Shown here piece after piece: positions 11,562 to 24,610 of a DNA stretch of 64,000 nucleotides; the first letter of the stretch is position 1; each line of letters starts with the position of its first letter. Both the position numbers and the translations under genes were made by a program. Source of the DNA: Callorhinchus milii (Eukaryota). A model generated the notes under the pieces. The model ran no database searches, was not told the origin of the DNA, and saw nothing but the letters and a program-made list of their open reading frames with translations. The stretch spans positions 15,748,001 to 15,812,000 of the forward strand of contig NW_024704755.1 in NCBI RefSeq assembly GCF_018977255.1. Reading direction: 5' to 3'.

Positions 11562-12526
11562 TAACCTATGTTAACCCTCTATATGCTCCACCTTGGTGAC
11601 ATCATCAGCAGACATGGGGTTAACTTCCACATCTATGCGGATGACACCCAACTCTACCTTTCCTCCTCTACCCTCAACTCCACGACCACCGACGTCCTGA
11701 CAGCTGCCTGTCCGACATCGAGTCCTGGACGAGAGACAACTTTCTTCAGCTCAACGTGCGCAAAACTGAGGCCCTCCTGATTGGCTCACGTCAGTGCCTC
11801 CGCACCTCAGGCGCTGACAGCATCAGCATCCAAGGCTGCACTCTCCACCTCTCAAAGCCATCAGGAACCTCGGCGTTCTGTTCGAACCTGAGCTGTCCTT
11901 TCTTCCTCATATCCGCGCCACAACTGGCACCGCCTTCCATCACCTCCGGAACATCGCCAGACTACGGCACTACCTCACCCCTCACGCTGCTGAAACTCTG
12001 GTCCACGCCTTTATCACCTCAAGGCTGGACTATGGGAACTCTCTCCTCGCCGGCCTTCCCGGCCCTCCCTCCACAAGCTGCAGGTCATTCAGAACTCTGC
12101 AGCTTGTGTACTGTCCCGCACCAGGCTTCGGGACCACATCACTCCTACCCTCGCTCGCCTCCACTGGCTTCCCATCCCCCAGAGGATCGAATTCAAGATT
12201 CTCATCCTCACCTACAAGGCCATTCACGGCCTTGCTCCCTCCTATCTCTCCGACCTACTATCCCCCTACCTACCTGCCCGTACCCTCCGTTCCTCCAGTG
12301 ACTTTGCCTTGCTTCCTCCCTTTCCTCCTTCAAGCCTGGTCTCAAGACCTTTCTCTTTGACCGAGCCTTCAGCTCCCCTCTCGACTCTCTACCCCCTCCT
12401 CACTCCCTCCCTTCCCTCCCCTCACCCTGACCATTTCCCCCTGCTCGGGTCCTGACCCAACTGTCCAGCGCCTTGGGACGTCCTCCCGACGTGAAAGGCG
12501 CTCTATAAATGAAATCTTGTTGTTGT
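11562..12526 (+). mobile_element. 5'-truncated L2-clade LINE (RT C-terminus + 3' UTR)
   Basis: [17 protein letters not shown]; later SRLDYGNSLLAGLP, LHWLP; tail gtgaaaggcgctctataaat..(TTG)n. Confidence 0.88.
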
Positions 12527-14329
12527 CCTTCCATTAGCAGTGAACATTCAGTGTTACTCATTATGTAGTGATTCTATTTATTGCTGAATAAGGTTACACT
12601 GAAGTTATTCTCCTCATACGTTAAATAAGAACATTGCAGTACTATTTTTATTGTCTTAAAATCTGACCTTATTAAGGTCAACTAAACAAAGAAAATGAAG
12701 CAAAAGAAATGCGTTTGAAGTGCATCATATTCCTACATATTTTATAATGATGTATTTCCACTTCCACAACCATGATCATTGCCAGTGCAAACTATTTGTC
12801 ACGAGATATATGTCACCTCCCAATGTTTAGTGTTTCATCTTATTGTATTTAGCAAAGCAGATAGTGTATAGAATTCTGTAAATATTATCATCAATAGATT
12901 CCAGCTCAATATGGAAGTGGGTGGCATGTGGGCATTTCAGACTGACATGGAAAGGTGTTACATTCAATCCAAAACAAAGCAAAAAGGGAAAAGGAAAATC
13001 ACAGAGAATGGATTACGAATGAGGATGAGACAGCTGATTTGAATGCAATGTGATTTTAACTGATTAAACTCCAGCATTACCACAACACACATTCTCAGCT
13101 CTTGCCTATTATTCTCTCCCTCTGTGGCTCATCACAGCATTCTACAGCTACATGAAAGTAATCAGCAAATCCCATATCATGCTTCTTTTTTACATCTCAC
13201 ATAATCCTCGCCGAGGTGTCCGGATTGCAAGATAATTAGAAAACCTAAACTGAGGAAGAATGTAATGCAGTACATAAAGAGATATCTGAATCAGTAAAAC
13301 AGAGAAATGTGGTGCTGTCCACAGAGACAAAGGTGAAATACTGTTATTAACACATCTTGCTCCTCCCACCTCACGGACCTCCTAATTCCATATCAGGCCG
13401 TCCACTTCCTGTGCTTGGAGGACACTGGCCTGCTTCAGGTCCCCCGCACCTCCCGCTCCACCATTTGCGGTCGGGCATTCAGCATCTCTGCCTCCACACT
13501 CTGAACTCTGTCCCGCAATCCCTCCACCACGCTCTTTCTTCCCTCCTTCAAGTTCCATTTACAAACCTTCCTCTTGAACCGTGCCTTCAGCCACTTGAAT
13601 CCACACCCTTCTGACTGAGATGCGACAGTCCTACTAACTGAGTCAGAAAATCATTGTATTTCAAAATACAACTGGATAATTGCCACTAAAATAATTGAAT
13701 TCAGGTGAACTGATGTGATGCTTTTTGTACTCTATGCAAAAGATAGGGACTGCCCAATGTTGTTTATATCTGTCAGAAAATTCAAGTTGGTATTGAGATT
13801 CCAGCAATTATCAACTGCACGGTTTAATATTCCAAACAGGTATGCATTCTTATATCAATCGTTGTGAAATCGATTATTGTTAACTTGGTGTCATAAAAAT
13901 GTCATAAACGAATAAGATACGAGTTTCTGAGAAAACATTTTCCTCATGATATTGAAACAAAAATAAATCGCTACACACAGAGCAACGCACGCAGAAGTTG
14001 TTGTTTATACTGGGTGCACAATCTTCAACCGAAATAAAAAGAACATAACGGATTTTTCAAACAAAAGCCTAAAGCCTAAGGCCTGAAGTTCTCAGTAGAA
14101 GATAGGAGAAATATATATGTTGTGTCTGGTTTTTTAAAGGGTCATCAGAGTGAAAGTGCTAATAACAAGTTAATATGAAATAATGCAATGTAGATTGTAT
14201 AAATATTTAATACTGTTAACAAAGTTAGTGCTATTTCTGCTTCATTATAGGAGCAGAGAGCCCAGCACCGTGAGGAGGCACCTGAGTGAGGTGAGACAGA
14301 GTTAGAATTCTCTCCAGGAATTTAGTGAA

Positions 14330-15531
14330 AGTGGGAATTCGGTGCAAAGGGGGAAAGAGGTCCATAATTATAAAATATATAATAGTTATATTAAAATTGT
14401 GAAATGCAATTGTCATTGGGGACACAATATGAAAGGAGTGGACAGGCATTTCTGCAAAAAAAAGACGTAACTCTCACATAGTATGTTGCCTCCCCAGTGC
14501 CAGGGTTGAAGACATCATGGAACGGGTGCAAAACGTTCTACAGGAGGAAGGGGAACATCCAAAAGTCATGTTCCAGGTTGAGATCCATGACGTAGGGAAA
14601 AAAAGGCTGAGATCCTACAGATAGAGTATCAGAAGCTAGGGAAAAAGCTGGGTTAATAAAAGACAGCCAACATGGATTTGTTAAAGGCAAATCATGTCTA
14701 ACCAACCTGATAGAATTTCTTGATGAATTAACAGAGAGGGTGGATGAAGCTAGTGCAGTTGATGTGGTTTATATGGATTTTCAAAAGGCGTTTCATAAAG
14801 TGCCTCATAAGAGACTTGTAACCAAAATAGAAACCCATGGTATTAAAGGGACATTGGCAGCATGGATACAGAACTGACTGGGAGGCAGAAAGCAGAGAGC
14901 GTTGGTGAACGGTTCTCTTTATGACTGGAGGAAAGTGTTTAGTGGTGTCCCCCAGGGGTCAGTATTGGGACCACTGCTGTGATCGATCTATATAAATAAG
15001 CTGGACCTGGGTATAGGGAGTACAATTTCCAAGTTTGCAGATGATACTAAGCTCGGAAAAATAATAAACAGTGAGGAGGACATCGTGGAATGGGTGCAGT
15101 TATCAGGAAAAGCTAGAGAAGCTAAGATTATTCTATGGAGCAGAGACGGCTAAGAGGAGACTTAATAGAAGTTTTCAAAATTATGAGGGGATTCGATAGG
15201 GTGAACAAGGAGAAATTGTTTCAATGGCGGGTGGATTGGTAACCCGAGGTCACTGATTTAAAATAGTTGTTAAAAGAAACAGAGGGGAGGGGATTTTTTC
15301 ATACAGGGAGTTGTTCGGATCTGGAATGCATTGCCTGAGTGGGCTGTGGAAGCCGATTTGATAACAACTTTTAAGAAAGAAGTAGATAATTATTTGGGAA
15401 GGACAAGTTTGCTGGCTTTGGGGAAAAACGGTGGAGTGGGATTAAATTGGAAAGCTCTTTTCAAAGAGCCGATGCAGACTCGATGGGCCAAATGGCCACC
15501 TTCTGTGCTGCATAATTCTATGCTTCTATGA
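14330..15531 (+). mobile_element. Internally deleted CR1 LINE (ORF1 esterase fragment joined to RT and 3' end)
   Basis: CCLP.ARVEDIMERVQ (ORF1), then QHGFVKGKSCLTNL, VDVVYMDFQKAF, GVPQGSVLGPLL, SKFADDTKL; ends attctatgcttctatga. Confidence 0.9.
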
Positions 15532-15577
15532 ATATTTAAAAAATGGTTATTTTAACCCAAAAAAATTCTAAATTGAA

Positions 15578-17590
15578 TCTATCCTAATAAACACGAAATG
15601 TCTGTCTCTGTGTCTGTCTGCCAATGACACAATAACTGATTCAAGTAGATTGGCATAATTTATACCTTATTGGAAAGGCCTTTGGCGTTTTTTTTAGTGT
15701 GATCTCCTAACTCCTATCTTGATGACCTAAACAAGTTCATTACTCATGTATAGCAGTTTTGCTGAAGGTGTTCATGCAGAATTTATGGCATGTAAAATGG
15801 CTTGTGAGTGGTATCACTGAAAAACGCCAGCACTAAAAACTATCATAAAAATATTATGCAATCAGTATAATAATAAGAATAATCCTTACATTTGACATAG
15901 CGCTTTTCATGCCTTCTAGACATCTTAAATCACTTCACAGAATATACTGTAAAGTGAATTGACTGCATATTTTTGTGGGTGAAACGCAGCAGCCAATTGT
16001 GCACAGCAGTGTCCCACAAACAGTCGTGGATTGAAGTGAACAACTTATTCTTTTTTTTGTGGGATTTTTATTATCAGGCATGTATCTGTAATTGTTGATA
16101 AGATTATACCAAAATATGTTTTGCTATAAAATATGAAAATTACATCATGTCAAATACAACACTGTCTGTACGACTTAAATGGCACATTTACTCAAGATGC
16201 CCAAGAAGCAGATCCAAATTTTCAAGGACAAATCAAAAATGCCAGGGGAAAGAGAGAAGGCCGATTAAATGAAACGGAAGAACAAAGAACAGCATGGTAT
16301 GACTTGGACGCAGAAAGCCATACAAGAACCCAGCAAAATTAATGGCCCACTCAAAATACAGCAGCTGGACTTCGTTGCTGAAAGGACTGCAAGAGCACAG
16401 CAAAATGAGTTGCCCACTCAAAGAACAGCCCGCAGGACTTCGATGCAGAAAGAACTGTAAGAACACAGCAAAATAAGTTGCCCCATCAAACAACAGTTCG
16501 ACTGGACTTGAACGCAGAAAGGCATGCAAGAACACGGCAACATGACATCCAGCAGCAGCTGTGCTCAACTATGATCCAGGCAGAGACTACCCATCAAATT
16601 TGGAATGTGTTAAACATATGTGCCCTGTGTGGAGCCATGAAATGGGCAAAAGAAATTCCTTCCATGTGTTGCTTGCTTGGCCTGGTAAAACCAGAGCGAC
16701 TCAGAGGTCTTAAGGCATCCACGCTGTGGGTATTTGTGGAGAAGATGAGCCTCAGGACAAACATGTGAGTCCATCTTCATGGCAGTTCCACAGATGGGGC
16801 ATATGCTGACCTCCTTCTGGAAATTGGGGATAGCAAAATTCCAGTGGATGCAACAGATGGCCAAATTGAGAGCCCCGAAGGTTGTGGGTCCATTGTACAA
16901 GATATAGCAGAGCTCAAAACCAAAGTTTTCCCGAACCACAGCCATAACTACACAAATCATAAGTGTTCATATGAACGAGCAATCCTTGCTCCAAAAAATG
17001 AGTCTGCCAGTGAGATCAATTCCCAGCGACTCAATGACATCCCAAGAAATTGTTGCACAAGTCCATAGATATTGTTCCTTACATCGAAAATGCTGTCAAC
17101 TACCCAAGTGAGTTTTTAAACTCTTTGGAACCATCCGGTATGCCTCCGCACAAACTCATAGCTGCTAAGGAATCTAGATGCACCAAAGCTATGCAATGGC
17201 ACAAGGTAGGTGGTAAACCAGTTGAGGCCACAGGTTATACAAGCAACTATTCTGACTGGTCAGTCAAAGGGGAAGAATATATTCATTCCTCGCATCCCAC
17301 TGTTCACAAATGACAGCCAGTTTGAGTTCAAAAGGCTCTAATTCCTTGTTCAAGTGTGCTTTACCATGTCAATTAACAAGGCACAGAGGCAGAGCTTAAA
17401 GGTTGCTGACCTTTTCTTGAATACACCCTGCTCTTCCAATGGATTTTGAATGTTGGATGCTCACATGTGCATTCACCTCAATACCTGTACATCATGGCCA
17501 CGGAGAAAAAACTGCAGATGTTGTCTACACGGAAGCCTTGCAATAATTCGAGTACCTGCCAGATCACACAGTAATCCCTTTTGGTTAGTG
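15578..17590 (+). mobile_element. Internally deleted Helitron, copy B
   Basis: a|TCtatcctaataaa..tgtctgtc 5' end; ~60-bp coding repeats 16290-16545; CALCGAMKWAKEIPSMCC Zn-finger joined to helicase remnants; 3' end degenerate. Confidence 0.78.
15865..16075 (-). mobile_element. tRNA-SINE 3' part nested in Helitron B
   Basis: Tail and core on the minus strand. Confidence 0.75.
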
Positions 17591-18149
17591 TAGTTTACAT
17601 AGGAACTTCTATTGTTGATGAACTATGACCCAAACAAGCTCATTGTACATGTATGGCAGTTTTGCTTAAGGTGTGCACACAGTGTTTATGGGATGTTAGA
17701 TGGTTTGTGAGTGGTATCACGGAAATCTACATTCGATATTGAATCTTTTGGTTGCAAGTGTAGCTTCAATGGGTACAGATAGTATTAAATAATCATTAGT
17801 TTGTTTTCAGAGGCAAAGCTGAAGGAAAAACTGATGGAAACACACTAACTGCAGGGAACACGATATTCAAGGGAGTTTGTAATAATAATTATAACAATAA
17901 CAATAATCCTTGCATTTGGTACAATGCCTTTCTTGTTGGGAGGAAGTCCCAAAGTACTTCACATGGTTACTGTCAAATGTAATGACTGTATTTCTAGGCA
18001 AACACGGAAGCTCAATTATTCCTAGATACGTCCAACCAACCGGCATGAAATTAATGACCAGTTTTAATTTGAGGGATTGTTGACCAGGACACTGTGCAAA
18101 CCTTCCTTCTCTTTTAGAGTATGCCTTTGGAACTTTATTGACTAGATCC

Positions 18150-18540
18150 CTGTAGCTCTGTAGAGTCCTGTAGCACAATCGTTAAAGCACTCGCCTCAAA
18201 AGCAAGAGATCTGGGTTCTGTTCCCGCCAGGGCAAAATGTTGGGCAAAGTTCCTTATTCCACACACACCTCTGCTTACCTAGCAGTAAGGAGCAACCTAG
18301 TTGTTAGTCAATTGGCGGTTCACTTTTCTGGGGATAATAATCCTTTCAAAAGAAATAATAATTTTGTCACTCAATCCACGACTGTTTGTGAGACACTGCT
18401 GTGTGCAATTGGCTGCCAAGTTTTGCCCACAAATATACAGTCAATTCACTTTACAGTAAATTCAGTGAAGTGTTTGAGACATCTGGAAGACATGAAAAGC
18501 TCTATATCAAGGCAAGGATTATTATTATATTATTATTATC
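18150..18540 (+). mobile_element. tRNA-derived SINE (counterpart of 1306-1683)
   Basis: Head, core and (ATT)n tail. Confidence 0.8.
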
Positions 18541-18773
18541 TTGTTTAACATCTCATCCTAAAGACCACACCTTTGACAATGCATCATACCCCCAACACCG
18601 CATTGGAATGTCATTCTAGACTATGTGAGTTCAAGAATATGCACAATGTGTGAACAAGTGAAATTGAGAAATGGAGAGCAACAAATACTCTGAATGGGAA
18701 TAAGTATTGCATAATTTTAAAGATGACAGTAATATTGTTCATCTCCAAATGCATGTGCACTGCGTTTAGATTT

Positions 18774-19120
18774 ATAATAATAATCCTTGCTAGACGTCTC
18801 AAAGCGTTTCACAGAATGTACTGTAAAGTGAATTGACTGTATATTTGTGGGCATAACGCAGCAGCCAATTGCGCACAGCAGTGTCCCACAAACAGTCGTG
18901 GATTGAAGTGACCAATATTATTATTTTTTTTCTTGAGGGATTATTATCAGGCATGTATGGTTAGAAAACTTGCCCAAGGTTTTGCCCTGCCGGGAATCAA
19001 ACCTGGGTCTCTCGCTTCTGAGACGAGTGCTCTAACCACTCAGCTCCAGGACTCCCAGCGCCTTGGGATGTCCTCCCGATGTGAAAGGCGCTATACAAAT
19101 GTAATCTTGTTGTTTTTGTA
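18774..19120. mobile_element. Composite insertion: full SINE (-) joined to an L2 3' tail (+)
   Basis: Absent at the equivalent site ~1910; flanked by gtttagattt / gttggattt. Confidence 0.75.
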
Positions 19121-19809
19121 GTTGGATTTCATAGATTGATATTCTGTCCTCGGTTTTACCAGCAGATGTAAATTATCCAGCTACTCTGGCCCGCTGCTAC
19201 TCTCAGGATTTCACTGCAACAAAATATAACTATTGCTGCACTTAGACATGTTAATTATGTCAAGTAATCAATACGAAGATAGCTTTGCAAAAATACAAAC
19301 TTCTATTTTCAGGTGACAAGGTTAAATTGCATTGCCCATTGTATTTTGACAATGTAAAGTCACTGTAAAACTACTTTTTAATGATAAGTGTGTTAACCAT
19401 TGTAGATTTAATGGACAAAATTACGTCTGTATTACTTATTTTAAATTCCACTCAATTAAATATTAATTTAAGTTGATGTTTGTCATTTCGACTTTTTTAG
19501 TGTTTCACACAGTCCATCTTCTTCATGGGAAAACATTCCATTGTATCACCTTCTGTCATTAGTTAATCTGCTATAAGGTTACAATATAAGTTTATGGACA
19601 GGAGCATTCTTCTGGAGGAAATTGTTGCTGGCACTTAATGATACTCCTGGAGGCTGCAGTTATAGCAGGTAAACTAATGCAAGATTCAAAACAGTTTACG
19701 TCAGTAAACATATGGCAAGATTTTAGTTTTCATTGCAGACAACATTTAACATTCATCTTTGTTGCTAACTACACAAACCTAGTCATCATTTAAGTCGACA
19801 ACTTCCTCT

Positions 19810-19910
19810 ACAAATCCCACCCAACAAACAAAGTTAATCGATCTGAACCAAGAGGCGGTAAGTCAAACGTCACTGCCTCGGTTTTAATTGTAAGAAACTA
19901 CAAAGCCTTG
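19810..19910 (+). promoter_or_regulatory. G2 proximal promoter
   Basis: aagtcaaacgtcactgcc at ~19860, shared with other paralogs, ~80 nt before the ATG. Confidence 0.5.
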
Positions 19911-19948
19911 TCACAGTTGAGCCGGGGTTTCAAGGACAAGTGATCAGT

Positions 19949-20003
19949 ATGTTGGCCAATGATGCGCTTCAATATCTCTCTCTCATTAGGTTGATTTCTG
20001 CAG
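19949..20003 (+). CDS. G2 exon 1, leader (MLANDALQYLSLIRLISA)
   Basis: ATG..g|gtatgt phase 1, 55 nt like the G4-G6 leaders; hydrophobic core is weak. Confidence 0.75.
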
Positions 20004-20192
20004 GTATGTGTTTCTAATACACTGTATCCTGGATTGCTAAAAAAAACATGAAATCAATTCCATTCATGTAGCGTGAACCAAGCAGTTATCTTGTTCTGTC
20101 TGTGTTCTCCGTGTCTTACCGTATTTTATTTCTACTGTACCAATTTCCATCAGCATATTTAACTAATCTGTGTTCCAATTTATCTTTGATAG

Positions 20193-20516
20193 TTATTGGC
20201 GGCACTTTGATCACAGTGACCCAATATCCCAAGCTCCAGACTCCAATCAGTGGTACAAACATCACCTTCCACTGCATCTTTCCTGTAGCTCCAACCAATG
20301 TACGTATAAACGTGTACTGGTGGAAGCACGGGGAGAGTGGATACCTACAAACAGAAGAGGACAAAAGGAAAAATTTTGGTCTAGAACATGGAAGAGGCGG
20401 GGGCTTCTTCCATCTCCTAGATGTGAGAGTCGAAGACTCTGGAGTCTATCACTGTGCACTGATCCGTGAGGGAAAAATAGCAGGAAATGGATCTGGATCA
20501 CATCTAACTGTCTGTG
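20193..20516 (+). CDS. G2 exon 2, VJ-type V domain
   Basis: FHC, YWW, DSGVYHC, GNGSGSHLTVC; 324 nt, phase 1-1. Confidence 0.93.
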
Positions 20517-22571
20517 GTAAGTGTCATAAAGCCCAGATCTTGATTGATGTTATATTGGTGTAATGCACAAAAAACACAGACGAACAGTACAGAATATTTT
20601 ATAGTTTTGTTTTTAGTAAGCAAAATACTTACTGTGTAAATTGATGTTTAATTCTGCCTCTATATATACCAATTCTAGCACTACGCATGACATCAATGCG
20701 TTATGTAACTGCATGATTGTTACAAATTTCTTCTTTAATTGATGTGAATGTGCAAAGGCAACATGTCCATACCAAGCGCGTGTGGATAAAAGAAGCAGAA
20801 TAAAATCAAATTGTGTATATATTGAAAAGCTATAGCAGGAGAATGAGTCTCCAGCAGCATCAATAATGCATTTTACTCTTAAGTTCTTCCTAGTCGCTGA
20901 TGGCGAGGTTCAGCAAAATTTTGTTGATGGAAACTTAGATATTTACAAGTATAAGATTGACTGGAATTGTCAAGATTTAGCTACTGTGAAAACAACAACA
21001 ACAACTTGCATTTATAAAGTGCGTCTCAGAGCACTTAAACACTGATGGAGCCTGATTCTGAACCGGGGGTCGAAAAATAAGGTCTTAAGGCAGGACTTGA
21101 AAAAGGGGAGAGAAGGGGCAAGGCGGAGGGATTAAGGGAGAGTATTCCAAAGTTTCGGGCTGAAAGCCCAATGCTATAAAACAATATAGATGCGGGCGAA
21201 TATAAATAATGCAGCAGCTGTACATTGTTTGTCGTTCCAAACTGATTATTTTTAGTCTGTAACAATATAACTCTCATTGATTTCGAATTCGTCACTTTTA
21301 ATATATAGCTATAATTTAATTATAACAATACAATTAGTATACATGGATATTGTGCCCTAGATGATATGCTGGAAGTAATTATTCTTAGGAATTACATTTA
21401 TAACTATTCATGAAATGCAAAGCAAATGAACAGGAATCAAAGCGTTATAGCGAAACAAATTGGGTACGAAACTGAATAAAGTTTAATACTTATTTGAACT
21501 CCGGTTATGTGATCTGCTTCTTTTTTCTGTTCTAGAGTCCCCCACCTCAACCTCGTATTTTTTCAATGTCAGAAGTATTGTCCTTCAAATGAAACGCTAA
21601 ACCATAAACATAAGAACATAAGAATTTGCTAGGTGAAAGAAGATCAAGGTCTATCAGTTCGCCTTCCACCATCCTGGCAGTCATAACATTAACATACCCA
21701 GTTCAGCTGATCGCTCCTCATAGTCCAGTTTATTTTCTTTCCATTTAAATAATAGTCCCTTTCTGGATTTTTGTTTGTCCCCATGTGAAGCACTTTGCAT
21801 TTCTCTACATTAAGTTTCATCTAACAGCGATCTCCCCAATTCACAAGTATTTTCAAGTCCTTCTGTAACCATTCCTTATCATCTTTGCTAATCCTTGATG
21901 GGACATCTTCCTGACATGAAAGGCGCTATAGAAATATAATTTTGTTGTTGTTAATTAGGTTTGTGATCCAGTCTACTTGTTCAGGTGGATGCTAAAGAGC
22001 CATGACAGTTTTCGAAAAGAGAAGGAAGTTTCTCCTTGGGTTCTCATCAACATTCCCATTTTAAATTAGTAATTCACCTCCTGAATATTTATGCCTCATT
22101 GGCATGAGAAGATTGACTGCAGGGTCCCTCTACAATTAGAGGTGCTGCACTTGACAGAAAACCTCTGTGAAGAGCTTTGAGGTATTTGAACCTAATAAAC
22201 CAATAGACCGAATACAAGGCTTATCATTTTGTTTAATATTATTAGTACAGACAACCTGAATCTTCACTTTCATTAAATACCATTTCAGCCACAAACCATT
22301 TTTCCAGTTAATTGAGGAGGAATATAAAAGAGCTTCTCAGCTGAATTGTGACACGGTTTGAAATGTATTTTCTTGTCCTGAGATTCCATCTCAAATTCAA
22401 TTCCAACTATAAGACTATATAATAATAGAAATAATAAGTTATTAAAAATCCCAGATACACGTGCATTCAACTGGAACTTTCCGATTTACATGAATTGTGG
22501 GAGTTGATCTGTATTGTAGAAAATAAGTTACATAGAAGTTATGTAATTCTGCTCCATTATCTGTTCTATAG

Positions 22572-22883
22572 TTCAACCAACGCCGCTGAAGATTCACCCG
22601 AGGTTTCCTAAAAGTGATCCATCTGTGTCTCTGACTCTTGTGTGTCAAACAGCTGCATATTACCCGAAGAATCTCACCTTGATTTGGTATAAGAATGGCA
22701 TCGAAATTACAACTGGAATAAATATCACTGAACAGCAGAATGCGGAGGGATTGTATGAAGCTTCCAGCTTTGTGGAAGAGACACAGGGTGTCCAGAGCAA
22801 AGCTAATTATACCTGTCAAGTTTTTCACCTCAGTCTTCAAATTTCAGGCACTGCGTACTACACAGTTCACTTTTCTGACACAG
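22572..22883 (+). CDS. G2 exon 3, C1 domain
   Basis: LVCQTAAYYPKNLTLIWYKNG..YTCQVFHLSL; 312 nt; donor gtttga. Confidence 0.9.
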
Positions 22884-23339
22884 GTTTGATGGCAAAATTC
22901 TTACTGTCAATTAATGGCAATTGTTTTTCACACAAATATTTCCCTATTATCTGATTATATTTCCTGCATGTTTTTTTGTGGCGATATAGATCCCATAACT
23001 ATATTTTATTTCTGTTGCCATCGTCAGTCGGGATTTGGCTGCTCATTTTCCCTGAAACCTGGCTGAGACCTGGAGATTACTCTGTGGATGCGTCCAGCAA
23101 TCCATTTATAATAACAATAATAATACTCATCTTTGCATTTGATACAGCATCTGATCACATCATCGAGAGGTCTCAAAATGCTTCACAGGATATACTGAAA
23201 AGTGGATTGATGGTGTATTTTGACTTAAATATCACCTGCATTGAGCATTTTGACCCATTGATCACAGTTTACCAGCAGTAAATTGCTAGAAAATGCCACG
23301 AACTACACCAAACTAACAACCTTTATATATGTGGATTTA

Positions 23340-23820
23340 TATATATAATGCCCTTCACCCAGGGCAGTGTCTGAGTCAAATCTAGGGGATGACCATAGGC
23401 GCCGTCAAAGAGGGAAATCTTATTTTTTTTAAAAAATAGAAAGGTGTCAGGTGCAGAGATTTGAGGCAGGGAGTTCCAGAGATTATGGTGGTAGATCTGA
23501 AAACATGACCAAGATGATGGTCGGGAGGGGGGGAACGCAGCAGGCCTATATCAGCTGAGCAAAGGGAGCAGAGGCGTGAGGTCAGAGAGATTGGAAGCTG
23601 CTCGGTGAAGCGATGTGTATGTGAGAGTCTTGAAATCGATTCCTTCGGAGTCAGGGATCGCCAGCATGCGGATTTTGGAACCAGTGAGGACACCAGTGGC
23701 CCAATTTTGGATGATTTGTACCTTTTGGATAGTGCAACTGGGGAGACCAGTAAAGCATTTGTTTGACGTTGAGGGGAGATGGAAAAGGTGTGGTTGAGGG
23801 TTTCAATGGCATTTGGGGTG
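23340..23820 (-). mobile_element. Degenerate L2-type fragment
   Basis: Minus-strand L2 3' coding remnant. Confidence 0.55.
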
Positions 23821-24092
23821 ATGTAAGGTAAAACTGTCTGTGATGTTTAAGCTTCATAAATGGGTAGGTTAATTTTGACATATTATGTCACACAAATTTG
23901 TTGCTTTTTGAAAATCGTTTATGTCTTTTCCTTATCTTTTTAATATCACATTTTGTTCAAAATCATCCAAGTGTTAATACTTCTGTTGTGCCACATCATG
24001 ACATGTGCCACTCCTCAATCTAATCCACTTAATTTCAGTTAAATGCTAGTATGAACAGCGCACAGCCTAACGGTTCTGTCTTTGCTTCATAG

Positions 24093-24208
24093 GTTTTGAT
24101 GGAAACCGCTATATTATAATTTCCCGGTTTATATTGAGTGTGCTGGTATTACTACTCTTGACCATCATCATTGTAGACCATTTCAGAATTATTCTCCTTC
24201 AAAGGTAA
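24093..24208 (+). CDS. G2 exon 4, Arg-containing TM and short tail (GFDGNRYIIISRFILSVLVLLLLTIIIVDHFRIILLQR*)
   Basis: catag acceptor, phase 1; stop at 24206 overlaps a gtaaaa donor. Confidence 0.88.
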
Positions 24209-24304
24209 AATATGTATTACTTTTTGAGACTACTATTGTTTTAATATTAAATTGTTTGTGGTGTCGAACAAGAAATCAGAAATATACTTTCACCATCGTT
24301 TAAA

Positions 24305-24610
24305 TATAATAATAACAAAACTTGCATTTGATATAGCACCTTATCATGTCATCATTGAGATGTCTCAAGGTGCTTCACATAATACATTGTAAAGTAAATT
24401 TAATGCATATTTTGTGGGTGAAATGCAGAACCACTCAGCAGTGTCCCACAAACAGTTGGAGATTGAGTGACAATTTTTTTGAGGGATTATTACACCCAGA
24501 AAGCGATCCATCAATCGACTAGCAACCATGTTCCTACTTACTGCTCGGTAAATAGAAGCATGTGAAGTAAGGAAACTTGCCTAAGGTTTCGCCCTGCCTG
24601 GGACAAATCC
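24305..24610 (-). mobile_element. Degenerate tRNA-SINE
   Basis: Tail and core on the minus strand. Confidence 0.6.

Larger units (their letters stand above)
16703..19905 (+). repeat. Segmental duplicate of 1-2690
   Basis: Colinear with 1-2690 apart from an extra insertion at 18774-19120. Confidence 0.9.

Noticed and set aside
11756-12360. 181-aa and overlapping ORFs (likewise 28771-29957)
   Set aside because: Shifted frames of decayed L2 elements, not host genes
24093-24208. ITAM in the activating-type genes
   Set aside because: No YxxL-x6-8-YxxL in any reconstructed tail; signalling would need an adaptor
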